Counted from the first letter of the stretch, positions 1-9,310 are shown. The stretch: DNA of 37,424 nt from a virus (IMGVR_UViG_3300028629_000001:1-37424), one strand, 5' to 3'. Numbers and translations: made by a program. Notes: generated by a model from the letters alone, not told the origin.

Positions 1-127
1 GCGGTTCAATCACCGCATCTGTTCCGCGGTTGGTATGCAATATCTCGCCATTGCCAATATAGAGTGCGGTATGGCACAATTTCCCACGAATACGCATCAG
101 TACAATATCTCCTTCTTGCGGTTCATC
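1..127. repeat. Terminal direct repeat, identical to 37298..37424. Assembly overlap of a circular or circularly permuted genome.
   Basis: Base-by-base reading shows 1..127 equals 37298..37424. One ORF reads continuously through the junction. Confidence 0.95.
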
Positions 128-355
128 TACTTTTTTTAGTGGCAACGCTTCCCGACCAATCGCTATCTGGTGTTCACTTTCGCTTACCGATGAACGCTCG
201 TAATCATCGAACGCTGGCAGTTCTTTGCCAAACTTTTCACGTAAGACAAGCCTCACAAGCCCCCAGCAATCACAACCTTCTTTTGTCCTTCCAGCATCAA
301 CGAAAGGTATACCAACATAGTCGCCGTAGTTCTGGTGAACAATATTATCGTTCAT
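1..355 (-). CDS. NlpC/P60-family cysteine peptidase, tail tip-associated (lambda gpK-like position). The 5' part is here; the gene wraps to 37297..37242.
   Basis: ATG at 355 overlaps the upstream stop (ATGA). Translation is MNDNIVHQNYGDYVGIPFVDAGRTKEGCDCWGLVRL...GDIVLMRIRGKLCHTALYIGNGEILHT, which carries the catalytic Cys (GCDCWG) and His (CHTALYIG) motifs. Joined length is 136 aa. Confidence 0.85.
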   Translation of the reverse strand, partial: MNDNIVHQNYGDYVGIPFVDAGRTKEGCDCWGLVRLVLREKFGKELPAFDDYERSSVSESEHQIAIGREALPLKKVDEPQEGDIVLMRIRGKLCHTALYIGNGEILHTNRGTDAVIEP

Positions 356-888
356 GTGAACAACCCCGGAGCTACTTGTGCCGTCAGTTCTATTGGCAAT
401 ATCTCGTACTCAAGTGCATCATCAATCGCCAGCGACGCTTGAATTATTTCGTCGTCATAATCAATGCTTTTTACGATATACGAAATTCCTTTTACTGGTT
501 CGAAGACCCCGGCAGTACCATCGAGGCGCTCGCTTCCGTCAAGATGCCAGCTTCCGTTCAGCGTCAAGGTTCCTGATTCGTCATACCAAACAGCTTGCAC
601 ATTTACGGTGATAAAATCCCCGACGGAACGAAGTGCCGAAATCAATTCGTCGGAATTATAGGTGGTAAGAGTCGCAGAAGCGACTTCGCTCGACGTCTCG
701 GCGTGCCAATCAAGCACAAACGGTACAGCGGCATAGGTATGCCCCCCATAGGTAAGCGGTACTGTATTATTTGTTATATATATCGTACTGACTGAAGGAT
801 GCGAAATAGTAAGCAACATAATCGCGGCGCCATTCGTTTCTCGAGCGAATAAAGCAGCTTTGACTTTTGCCGATAATGTAGTGCTCAT
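352..888 (-). CDS. Minor tail protein, gpL-like position (DUF1833-like)
   Basis: ATG at 888 overlaps the upstream TGA. It lies between the gpM-like and gpK-like genes. The pattern LLTISHP...Y..VPF is reminiscent of DUF1833 tail proteins. Confidence 0.6.
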   Translation of the reverse strand: MSTTLSAKVKAALFARETNGAAIMLLTISHPSVSTIYITNNTVPLTYGGHTYAAVPFVLDWHAETSSEVASATLTTYNSDELISALRSVGDFITVNVQAVWYDESGTLTLNGSWHLDGSERLDGTAGVFEPVKGISYIVKSIDYDDEIIQASLAIDDALEYEILPIELTAQVAPGLFT

Positions 889-1259
889 GCCCACACCTCT
901 AAATCAATCGTCACAATAAACTCATTGTCATTAGGCGCATAGCTCGGCGGATTGGCTTCTGGAGAAAATCTTGCCTGAACATAGACAGGCGCCGCGTCAT
1001 TATTAAACAGTCTCCAATCAGGCCAATAAAAGGTATCAGTTCCATAGTGTAAAATCGTCTGGTAAAACGCCTTGAACGTCGCAAGTTGTGCCGCCGTCAT
1101 TGCATAAGAATATCGATGCGGTTCAGGCGCTGTCGTAGCTTTGAGACGGATCTTTGCAGGCCCAGCGTCCATTTTTGTAACACGCCTATTGTCAGGTAAC
1201 GATACGCTAGCACCATCTTGAAGCGGCCTTAATGGTAAAGAAGTCGGCCAGTATTCCAT
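885..1259 (-). CDS. Minor/distal tail protein (gpM-like position)
   Basis: 124-aa ORF starting one base after the tape measure stop. Called from synteny only. Confidence 0.5.
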   Translation of the reverse strand: MEYWPTSLPLRPLQDGASVSLPDNRRVTKMDAGPAKIRLKATTAPEPHRYSYAMTAAQLATFKAFYQTILHYGTDTFYWPDWRLFNNDAAPVYVQARFSPEANPPSYAPNDNEFIVTIDLEVWA

Positions 1260-4200
1260 TTAGCTTTTCCTCACGCCACCGGCGTTTGCCGTGGCAATTT
1301 CTTGCCGTACTATATCCCGTAAGGTAAGGATAATCTTTTTATTCCCAGCAGCATCGGTAATTGTTTGCGTCTTGCTGGCGACAGGTGTCGACGAATAATT
1401 GTTGATTTGAATATCGATATTGCCTGTTGCTTTGGCGGATACTCCTAGCTTCCCTGTCGAATCACGCGCTAGAGGCATGATAGCTTCAGGCCCAGCTTCG
1501 GCGAACACACCACCTTTTGCGAAGGTAAATAATTGCGGATTGTCGTAGACGTTATTGGCGTATTGGTGCAAAGATGGAGAAGTATAAACATCTCCAAGCG
1601 CATTGCTTTTCAGTAAGCCAGCCCCAACGCTTCCTACAAGCCCACCGCCAATCAATGCAAGGCCTAGAGTATCATTTGCTGGATTTATATCAGTCAGCAT
1701 TTGCAACCCAGCCTGCACCGCTAGTTTCGGTAGCATAACAAGAATTTTCTCTAGTGTATCGCTCATTGCGTCGCCGAACGAATTCCACGCATTTGCACCA
1801 TCTGCGATCGCTTCACCGAGTTCATAGAATTCATCAGTAAGAGAGCTTATGGTTGTTATCAGAATAGCGTCACCGAATTGTTTCGCAAGTTTCGTTCCTG
1901 TGTCATATTGTTCCGCAAGTTCACGTAACGCTTGCTTGTAGCCTTCAGTAGATATTTCTCCATTAGCAAATCGTGTTTCTAGCTCATCCAACGCTGCCCT
2001 ATACTTTTCAGCATCAGTATATGCGCTTTGAATAGTGTAACCCAGAATATCTCCAGTATTCGGATTGATAGCGATAGTTTGTCTTTCTCGCCAATTAGTT
2101 GATGGTGGGGCATTCTGGTAGGCGAGCATGTTTAATCTAAATAATCCTTCTGGCGTCTGTGTTTCTTGATATGCTATCTTATAATCAATTCTTGAAATTT
2201 CTTCCGCTGCCTGTTCCTGTGTAAGTAACGGTATACCACCGCCTGGCTTATACATCCAGCGATCGGGTGGTACACGTTTCGCAGCCTCTGCAAGGTAAGT
2301 TCTAAGTTCAGTGGCTATACTAGCATTTATTGGTTCCCAAAAAGCATCTGCCTGCTCTTGCGTGAGATATGGTATCCCGCCGCCAGGCCTATTCATCCAG
2401 CGATCAGGCGGAACACGCTTAGCAGCCTCAGAAAGCTCTGCTCTAAGGTCTGTAGCTATCTGCGCATCTATAGTAGCGATAATAGAATCCGCTTGTTCTT
2501 GAGTTAATAATGGTATTCCGCCGCCAGGCCTATTCATCCAGCGATCAGGTGGAACACGAGCTGCAGATTCAGCAAGTTCAGCTCTAAGGCCAGTAGCTAT
2601 CTGCGCATCTATTGAATCAGTAACTGCTTTTGCAGCTTCTGGAGAAAGGAAAGAAACACCACCGCCCGGTTTATACATCCATCGGTCAGTAGGAGCCCGG
2701 GATGCCATAGCCTGCATTTCTATGCGGCTATCTAAATACATACTTGACGCAATAGTATCGAGGGCAGTTTGTGCTTCTTCTTGAGTGAGGTATGGTATAC
2801 CACCACCAACCTTATTAAGCCAGCGATCCGTTGGAGCGCGCTTTGCAGACTCTGCAAGTTCTGCTCTAAGCCCGGTAGCTATCTGTGCATCTATTGAATC
2901 AGTAACTGCTTTTGCAGCTTCTGGAGAAAGGAAAGAAACACCGCCACCTGGTTTATATAAATACGGGTCAACGGGTACTCTTGCCGCGGAATGTTCTAAT
3001 TCAATCCTTGTAGACAAATCAATCGACGCTTGTATGGTTTCAAGTGCTATATCGGCTTCTTCTGGCGTGAGATATGGAATGCCTCCACCGACTTTATTAA
3101 GCCATCGATCAGGCGGAGCTCGTTTTGATGCTCCTGCCAGCTCAAGCATTGTTGAGCTAAATATTTTGTTATCTATTCCAGCTATAATCGAATCTGCTTG
3201 CTCAGGTGTAAGTAGGGGAACACCGCCGCCAGGCATTGATTCCCATTTGTCGCCTTTATAGCGCCCAGCCATTTTGGAAAGTTCGATAGCGGTATCAAAG
3301 GCAATTCGATTGCTTATATCATTAAGAAAAGCATCAGCTTGCTCTTGTGTTAAATACTGTAAACCACCGCCTGGTAACCTTGCCCATCTATCAGATGGCG
3401 CACGATTAGCAGACTCAGCAAGTTCAGCTCTAAGGCCAGTAGCTATCTGCGCATCTATAGTAGCGATAACAGAATCCGCTTGCTCTTGAGTGAGTAGTTT
3501 AATACCACCACCAGGTCTATTCATCCAACGATCAGGTGGAACACGAGCTGCAGATTCAGCAAGTTCAGCTCTAAGGTCTGTAGCTATCTGCGCATCTATA
3601 GTAGCGATAATAGAATCCGCTTGCTCTTGAGTGAGTAGTTTAGTACCACCACCAGGTCTGTAGAGCCATCTATCGGTTGGCACGCGTGATGCCGCAGCAC
3701 TAAGTTCCTGAGATACTGAGAGCGTTACCGATGCAGTGATTCGTTCTAGCTCTGCCTGTGCTTGTTCAGGCGTTAATAATGGAATTCCTCCACCTGGCAT
3801 ATACATCCAGCGATCAGGAGGAACTCTTGATTCAGCCGACCCAAGATATTTTTCTGGTGGAGAATATTCTTTAATTGCATTTTGTAATAAGGTTATGGTA
3901 CCTTCGCCGAGCTTCCAAATGCCTGAAGTAAGCATCTTATAGAGTAAATCATTCGCATTATTAACAAACTGTTTTTTTACTTTTTCCTGTAATTCTGGTG
4001 GGAGATTCGGCAGGTCTTTTGTGTGCTGATTTATCCATTCTTGCACAACATAAGAGCCTGTGGGCTTCTCCCATCCAAGTTCATAGCGAGTCTTAGTAGC
4101 ATCAATGCCTGTTGCTTCTGTAAGCCACTGTCGCCAATCAAGTCCATTTTGTGATTGATCTTCTACAGGAACCCATTTTCTTCCTTCGGCACGATAAAGT

Positions 4201-5348
4201 TTCCCATTATATGTCGCATATTGGCCGTTATAATCAGACCATTCACTCAAAGAAGAAAGAGTTTTGTATCCACTCGGAGCATTAAGCCTTCCAGACTCGA
4301 GAGCGGTTTGTGTTTGCTCTTTTTGTAATCCCCTTAAAATCCCCAAGACTTGTTCTTGAAGAGTTATTCCAGTTCTTTGCCCGGTAATATTAGGCGCATA
4401 TCCGGGTGGTATTACACCTTCTAGTTGTGTAGGATTGGCTCGCGCAAATGCAAGCGCTGCTTGAATATTTCCACTTGACCCACCGGAAGCAATGACTGTT
4501 TTTATATTTTTTCTACCTAACACTCGATCAGAGTATTCATTGAAATCATCAAGCCATGATTTTAACGAGTCTTGTAAAGACTTCCCCATTTCGGCAAGCA
4601 TTGCCTTCCAATTATCTTTGGCGATGGATAATTTCCCCTCATAAGTTTGGGCGGTTTTTTCCATCATGCCTTCAAATTGCCCACCAGCTTCAGTAAGGGA
4701 TCTCAATGCATTTTCAATTTCAGGGAAGCCTACTTTGCCTTCGGTAACGAGAGCCTGCACCTGCTCGACTGATTTCCCCATGACTTGCGACAAAGCCTCG
4801 AATATTGGGACTCCAGCATTGACGAATTGGTAAAGGTCTCTAGTAAGGACTCTACCTTGTGCAAGCGCCTGGCCATAAGCAAGTGCCAACCGTTGCATGG
4901 TTTCATCGTTGCCGCGCGCAACGTCTCCCATGCGTTCAAGAGTAGGAATGATTTCTTCAGTAGCAAGGCCGAAGCCCTTTAACATTTGAGCGGCGCTTTC
5001 TACACCTTGGAATGTAAGAGGGGTGCGCTGAGCAAGGGCATAAAGTTCGCCGAACATTTTCGAGCCTTCCCCAACATCTTTCAAAAAGACGCCCCAGGCC
5101 ACACGCGAACGCTCGAAACTCCCGGCAAGGTTAACCGCCTCTTTGCCAAGATCAATAAACTCTCGAATAGCCGCTCGAGTAACTTGGATGCCAAGATTCA
5201 TCCCTGAGGAATAGCCTGCTATTTTAAGCGCAAGAGAACTAAATGACGCCTCGGTGTTGCGGCCTTGGTTGGCAAGGTTTTGGAGCCCAGCCGTGGTTTC
5301 TTGGATACCTTCATTATGTACCCGTACAATTAAGCTTGCATCATCCAT
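1260..5348 (-). CDS. Tail tape measure protein (1362 aa)
   Basis: It is the second-longest ORF (after the 1765-aa host-specificity gene) and sits downstream of the chaperone pair. The N-terminal core (GFGLATEEIIPTLERMGDVARGNDETMQRLALAYGQA...LYQFVNAGVPIFEAL) is typical of tape measure domains. It also has a Gly-rich hydrophobic segment near the C-terminus. Confidence 0.9.
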   Translation of the reverse strand: MDDASLIVRVHNEGIQETTAGLQNLANQGRNTEASFSSLALKIAGYSSGMNLGIQVTRAAIREFIDLGKEAVNLAGSFERSRVAWGVFLKDVGEGSKMFGELYALAQRTPLTFQGVESAAQMLKGFGLATEEIIPTLERMGDVARGNDETMQRLALAYGQALAQGRVLTRDLYQFVNAGVPIFEALSQVMGKSVEQVQALVTEGKVGFPEIENALRSLTEAGGQFEGMMEKTAQTYEGKLSIAKDNWKAMLAEMGKSLQDSLKSWLDDFNEYSDRVLGRKNIKTVIASGGSSGNIQAALAFARANPTQLEGVIPPGYAPNITGQRTGITLQEQVLGILRGLQKEQTQTALESGRLNAPSGYKTLSSLSEWSDYNGQYATYNGKLYRAEGRKWVPVEDQSQNGLDWRQWLTEATGIDATKTRYELGWEKPTGSYVVQEWINQHTKDLPNLPPELQEKVKKQFVNNANDLLYKMLTSGIWKLGEGTITLLQNAIKEYSPPEKYLGSAESRVPPDRWMYMPGGGIPLLTPEQAQAELERITASVTLSVSQELSAAASRVPTDRWLYRPGGGTKLLTQEQADSIIATIDAQIATDLRAELAESAARVPPDRWMNRPGGGIKLLTQEQADSVIATIDAQIATGLRAELAESANRAPSDRWARLPGGGLQYLTQEQADAFLNDISNRIAFDTAIELSKMAGRYKGDKWESMPGGGVPLLTPEQADSIIAGIDNKIFSSTMLELAGASKRAPPDRWLNKVGGGIPYLTPEEADIALETIQASIDLSTRIELEHSAARVPVDPYLYKPGGGVSFLSPEAAKAVTDSIDAQIATGLRAELAESAKRAPTDRWLNKVGGGIPYLTQEEAQTALDTIASSMYLDSRIEMQAMASRAPTDRWMYKPGGGVSFLSPEAAKAVTDSIDAQIATGLRAELAESAARVPPDRWMNRPGGGIPLLTQEQADSIIATIDAQIATDLRAELSEAAKRVPPDRWMNRPGGGIPYLTQEQADAFWEPINASIATELRTYLAEAAKRVPPDRWMYKPGGGIPLLTQEQAAEEISRIDYKIAYQETQTPEGLFRLNMLAYQNAPPSTNWRERQTIAINPNTGDILGYTIQSAYTDAEKYRAALDELETRFANGEISTEGYKQALRELAEQYDTGTKLAKQFGDAILITTISSLTDEFYELGEAIADGANAWNSFGDAMSDTLEKILVMLPKLAVQAGLQMLTDINPANDTLGLALIGGGLVGSVGAGLLKSNALGDVYTSPSLHQYANNVYDNPQLFTFAKGGVFAEAGPEAIMPLARDSTGKLGVSAKATGNIDIQINNYSSTPVASKTQTITDAAGNKKIILTLRDIVRQEIATANAGGVRKS
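2136..3827 (-). repeat. 12 in-frame tandem repeats of 141 nt (47 aa) inside the tape measure gene
   Basis: The unit R[VA]PxDRW(x3)PGGG(x2)LLTQEQAD(x2)IATIDAQIAT(x)LRAELAESA(x) was counted 12 times. Some copies are nearly identical at the DNA level. Confidence 0.9.
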
Positions 5349-5351
5349 GTA

Positions 5352-5720
5352 TTAGTCCTTATTGTCCTCACGCCATTTCGTTATGGCCGCATCCATCGCT
5401 CGCAATGCCTCAATCTCCCACGACGACAGCCGATACCCTGTTACTTCCTGATAGTCCAAAAGGGCGCGCCACGTAATTTTCGCGCCAGAAAAGCCTTGCT
5501 CCAATCCACTCCGTAAATCCCAAAACATTTGCCATAAATATTCAAATCCGTCTGGAACCTTCACCGAATCAAGCCGCTCATCATGCCCACGCCCTTGCCG
5601 TTCCCGCGCTTCAAGCTGTTCCCGCAAAGAAGTTTCGTCGTCCTTTGCAGGAACATTCAGGTCGCAATACGCCCTAACCGCTTCGCATAGTGCAGTTAGG
5701 GCTTCGGAAAATAATTCTTC
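5352..5720 (-). CDS. Tail assembly chaperone, gpT-like -1 frame extension (putative G-T fusion by frameshift; alternative internal TTG start at 5627)
   Basis: This frame is open from the TAG at 5721..5723 down to 5352. It overlaps the last 25 nt of the upstream chaperone ORF in the -1 frame. It sits directly upstream of the tape measure gene. Confidence 0.5.
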   Translation of the reverse strand, partial: EELFSEALTALCEAVRAYCDLNVPAKDDETSLREQLEARERQGRGHDERLDSVKVPDGFEYLWQMFWDLRSGLEQGFSGAKITWRALLDYQEVTGYRLSSWEIEALRAMDAAITKWREDNKD

Positions 5721-6070
5721 CTAGTAGTGATGAAATTACCAACAAATGTTGCTAAATACGGTAGCTTTAGATACTTCTCTTTTGCCGCTTCCTGAGAGAA
5801 TTTCACTTCGCTCCCATCATCCTCTTCCGCGCCTTTCCATCCAGTGGTACAGCGCGCAAAGAGTTCGCACAAATCTTCTTGCCGCAAGGTATTGATACCA
5901 CGCGCCTTGTTGCGTGAGAGAATCTCTTCAAGCCCCGCCTGATATACCTTTGAGTCTGCACCAAGCAAAGTAAGAATAAGCCCGGAAGGCTCTCCAGTAA
6001 TAGGGTCTGGAACCTCGGCGTCAATGCCTTTTTCTGCAAGTGTCTGCGAATCGAACCTTGAAAACTTCAT
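5696..6070 (-). CDS. Tail assembly chaperone (gpG-like)
   Basis: 124-aa acidic ORF between the tube and tape measure genes, with an AGGAGG RBS before the ATG at 6070. Confidence 0.7.
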   Translation of the reverse strand: MKFSRFDSQTLAEKGIDAEVPDPITGEPSGLILTLLGADSKVYQAGLEEILSRNKARGINTLRQEDLCELFARCTTGWKGAEEDDGSEVKFSQEAAKEKYLKLPYLATFVGNFITTRKNYFPKP

Positions 6071-6088
6071 TTTGCCTCCTGTATGGCC

Positions 6089-7288
6089 TTATGCCAATTT
6101 CCACCAGCGCCAGTTGATGAGGCCGCTTGTGGAGTCCTTCTCAACCTGGAACGGGATATTCTGAATGACGTCAGTTTCGCTCTTCTGGAACTGCGCATCG
6201 GTAATAAAAACCCTAGGTACATCGAGCGCATACCCGGTAACCCCGCCAGAATCCATGAACTTAAGCCCAAGCGCAAACCGTGTTTCAGCGGCATATTTAG
6301 TCCAGAAAGAAGATGATTCAACATAGAGGCTAAGGTTTCCGGTCAGATTGGAACGCCCGTATGAAATGCCTGTTGCTTCATCAAGGCCAATAGAGAACTG
6401 AGGGCTTCTCTGGTTCGCCATGGCAAGATTAAGTTGCGTGATTGTTGCGACAGGAGCACCATCTATAACTACTACGCTATCAGTTGCGCGAATCGGCAAC
6501 GTTGTTGAAGGATCGGCGTAAGAACCTGCATACTTCGTAGCGGAAGGGCCTAGAATCTTTTTGGCGATAAAATCAAAGTTACAGGTTACAATTCCATCGG
6601 TTGCCATCGAAAGCGTCATGCCATTAGCGACACAGCCTAGTGCTTCAAAGTAAATCGGAGTAGCAGTATCAAGTTGTGCATCTTCAAAAGCGAGCGATTT
6701 TTCTGTCGAGCCAGTTATCAGATATCCCATCCGCTGCACTGTTATTCCAGCCTGTGACGTTGCCGCGGTAAGCAGAGACGCACCAGTTTCAGGGTCTTTT
6801 GCTTCGCCAAAGGTAAGCATGTTGTCAGTGCGAGCGGTTACCTTGAAGAATCCATTGTTCGCGGTATATGCACCAGCGAATCCAGAAACCTTGACATAAT
6901 CTCCAACGGAAATGAGCGAAGCACCAGTGCCACCAATACCTGTAGCCGCCATCGTGTTCGTTGTTCCAGCGACGACAGTAACGGAAAGCGCGGAGATTGC
7001 AGTTCCTGCCAAAACCCATGAGTTCATACACGCCGAAGCGATAAAGTCCTCAAAGGTTCCGTATGACAGCTCTCCGTTCGCCCGGAATGTATTTGTCTTG
7101 TTGCCAAGCCTTCCTGGAGCTACAGAGCGGTCGCCAACCGCTTGCTGGCTTTGAAGGTTACTGCGCCTCTGTTCTAGCCCGGACGCCAATAGAAGCCTTG
7201 TTTTCGTGAATGCAGTTCCGGACGGAACGCCTAAAGAAGATTCGGTGACGTATGACGGCTGCCACCTTGAGCCACTTGCTCTTGCCAT
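6089..7288 (-). CDS. Major tail (tube) protein
   Basis: The ATG at 7288 is preceded by GGAGG. It lies after the connector/terminator genes and before the chaperones. At about 399 aa it is larger than a minimal tube protein. Confidence 0.6.
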   Translation of the reverse strand: MARASGSRWQPSYVTESSLGVPSGTAFTKTRLLLASGLEQRRSNLQSQQAVGDRSVAPGRLGNKTNTFRANGELSYGTFEDFIASACMNSWVLAGTAISALSVTVVAGTTNTMAATGIGGTGASLISVGDYVKVSGFAGAYTANNGFFKVTARTDNMLTFGEAKDPETGASLLTAATSQAGITVQRMGYLITGSTEKSLAFEDAQLDTATPIYFEALGCVANGMTLSMATDGIVTCNFDFIAKKILGPSATKYAGSYADPSTTLPIRATDSVVVIDGAPVATITQLNLAMANQRSPQFSIGLDEATGISYGRSNLTGNLSLYVESSSFWTKYAAETRFALGLKFMDSGGVTGYALDVPRVFITDAQFQKSETDVIQNIPFQVEKDSTSGLINWRWWKLA

Positions 7289-7310
7289 AAATACCTCCAA
7301 AGGTATGTTT

Positions 7311-7763
7311 TCAATTATTCACATCAGCTACCCAATAGACGCGAACCGCGACTACAGGATTGCCAGTCGTACCATCAAAAAGCCCTTTCACCATGCCGCA
7401 CGACGTTACCGTGACGGTCTGATTGTTGTAAACAAGGTTGGTGCCAGGTTTGAAACAGTCCATGATTCTTTGCGCTTCGGCTGTCATCGGTACGTCGCCA
7501 ACGTCTCTAGGCTCGCAAACATTTACCTGTAAGAACCCAGTGTGCCTTACTCTTGCGCCAGCGCCACATCCGTCCATGTTCGGCTGTGGGCCCGGAACCC
7601 ATAGAATGCGATACCAGAGAGCATTGTTCGGCGGTGGAATTTCAGCAGTTCCTTCCATGTGCCGCTTGTTCTCAAACCACGTTTTGTCGGCAGGAATCGC
7701 GGCCCCTGGAGTGGAGCTTGTGGCCCGTGAGATGAGCGCATGGCGAACATCAATCAGACTCAT
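7311..7763 (-). CDS. Tail terminator / tail completion protein (DUF4128-like)
   Basis: Called from synteny (last gene before the tube) and its 150-aa size. ATGA overlap with the upstream gene. Confidence 0.5.
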   Translation of the reverse strand: MSLIDVRHALISRATSSTPGAAIPADKTWFENKRHMEGTAEIPPPNNALWYRILWVPGPQPNMDGCGAGARVRHTGFLQVNVCEPRDVGDVPMTAEAQRIMDCFKPGTNLVYNNQTVTVTSCGMVKGLFDGTTGNPVVAVRVYWVADVNN

Positions 7764-8194
7764 ACCTTCCCCTGCATCTTTGCAATTGTGATACCAACCA
7801 TACCAGCTGGAGCCTGCGTGCTGTAGCCATTCACTGTTTTACCTTTACCTTTCTTCGGCGGATTAGGATAAAGCCCATATTCCAGCACCTTTATGTACGG
7901 CAAGCTGTTTGCTAAAAATGCGTCAGTCTCTTTAGGTTTCCAGAACGTTGCAACGACCTTCGCATTGTTTTTTGCCGACTCATAATCCGTTGATGAAGTA
8001 GTAGAAAGATCAGGTGAACCAGTAGACGGAATCCAGTTCGCACGTGCCATTCCTGTGTCAACAGGTGTTGCCATGATAATGTTTGTAGCAAGCTCGCCAA
8101 ATACCTTTCGACATACTGCGTCATTCTTTGCGAGAGCCTTGCCAACAAAGCTCTCAATCGATGCGGTAAATGTCCCATCGCCAGCAACACCCAT
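7760..8194 (-). CDS. HK97 gp10-like head-tail connector/neck protein
   Basis: Motifs TPVDTGMARANW and PYIKVLEYG are characteristic of the HK97 gp10 family. Confidence 0.75.
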   Translation of the reverse strand: MGVAGDGTFTASIESFVGKALAKNDAVCRKVFGELATNIIMATPVDTGMARANWIPSTGSPDLSTTSSTDYESAKNNAKVVATFWKPKETDAFLANSLPYIKVLEYGLYPNPPKKGKGKTVNGYSTQAPAGMVGITIAKMQGKV

Positions 8195-8195
8195 A

Positions 8196-8810
8196 TTAAC
8201 CCCTCGCCTGTATCATGTAGTAAATCACGACATCGCCAGGCATGAACGGTTCAACCGTTACAATCGTCAACGCGGTGCCAGATGAAGTACCTACAAAAAG
8301 CGTCCCACCAACATTCGGCTTCGGTATCTCAATGCCACTATCAGATAACGCCGATACCATGAATTTCCTGTCGCCAATCTTGATGCGCTCGCCGTCGTAG
8401 TCCTTGTCTGTGTACGATAGCTCAACGCCATAGGTAGCATAGTCAAGCGGAACAACATTTGGATTTGTGTGCATTACCAAGGTACACTTAAGCCACGCGT
8501 CTAGCCTTCCATCGAGATACTCGTCACCATTAAGGGTCCATGTGCCATCAAGTACCAAATCGCCAAGGGTAACGTTTTGATAAAGTTCGCCATTATAGCG
8601 CCCATATTGACCAGACGTCCCAAAATCTTCCAGCGACGACAAGGTAATGATAACACTTTCTGGAACCGTGAGCGTCCACGTATCGCCCAATATCGGATCA
8701 TAGGTATATACCCAATACTCAAGCGCTGCACCAGGATAGCGCAAAGTGAGAAGTTTACCGTTTTTCGAGATGCGGTCAGCCGCCAGTTTGCGCTTCTCTT
8801 GGTAGTTCAT
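8196..8810 (-). CDS. Head-tail joining (head closure-like) protein with an insertion
   Basis: Lies between the gp6-like adaptor and the gp10-like protein. At 204 aa it is longer than usual. Confidence 0.4.
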   Translation of the reverse strand: MNYQEKRKLAADRISKNGKLLTLRYPGAALEYWVYTYDPILGDTWTLTVPESVIITLSSLEDFGTSGQYGRYNGELYQNVTLGDLVLDGTWTLNGDEYLDGRLDAWLKCTLVMHTNPNVVPLDYATYGVELSYTDKDYDGERIKIGDRKFMVSALSDSGIEIPKPNVGGTLFVGTSSGTALTIVTVEPFMPGDVVIYYMIQARG

Positions 8811-9310
8811 CGTGATAGCCTCACGCTTCCGTTACCTTTCAAGATGCCGGAAAGACAGTTTTTAAGCACTGGATACACCATGCCTACCGGCGCCCCGGAA
8901 GCATAACCTGTTTCAAGGTTCCCAACCTTCTCACGTGTTATCATGCCGCCGTGCTCGAGCGCTTCCGTCAGTGCACCAGGTTCAGACAGCTCGATGAGTG
9001 CCGCTTCGAAACACGCATATTTGATGCCAGTCGGAACACCAATAAGTGCACAACCGTCAACGTCCCATGCTTCATACCGTGGCCACGACAACCCTTGTGT
9101 TTGTGTCATTCTATACCCTGGCCATCTGTATGAATATGCGCCCTCTATATATGCCGTGCCTCGAATGAGCGCCTTTTCAAGAGTGGTATCATCAGCACTT
9201 GTCGGGATTGAGAGCCCCCCGCGCGGTGTATATGCCTTGAACGCATCGAGAGTCGAATACACGTTCGCGTCAGTGACTCCTGAACCGTCTTCGACAATTA
9301 ACAGGCTCAC
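8807..9310 (-). CDS. Head-tail adaptor (gp6-like / DnaT-like fold family)
   Basis: The N-terminus, DANVYSTLDAFKAYTPRGG, resembles the conserved N-terminus of gp6-type connector proteins. GTGA overlap with the upstream gene. Confidence 0.6.
   Translation of the reverse strand: MSLLIVEDGSGVTDANVYSTLDAFKAYTPRGGLSIPTSADDTTLEKALIRGTAYIEGAYSYRWPGYRMTQTQGLSWPRYEAWDVDGCALIGVPTGIKYACFEAALIELSEPGALTEALEHGGMITREKVGNLETGYASGAPVGMVYPVLKNCLSGILKGNGSVRLSR

Noticed and set aside
2136-3827. CRISPR-array interpretation of the regular tandem repeats (also 31958..32779)
   Set aside because: The units abut with no unique spacers. Their lengths, 141 and 135 nt, are multiples of three. They are in frame within long ORFs and encode conserved peptide repeats.
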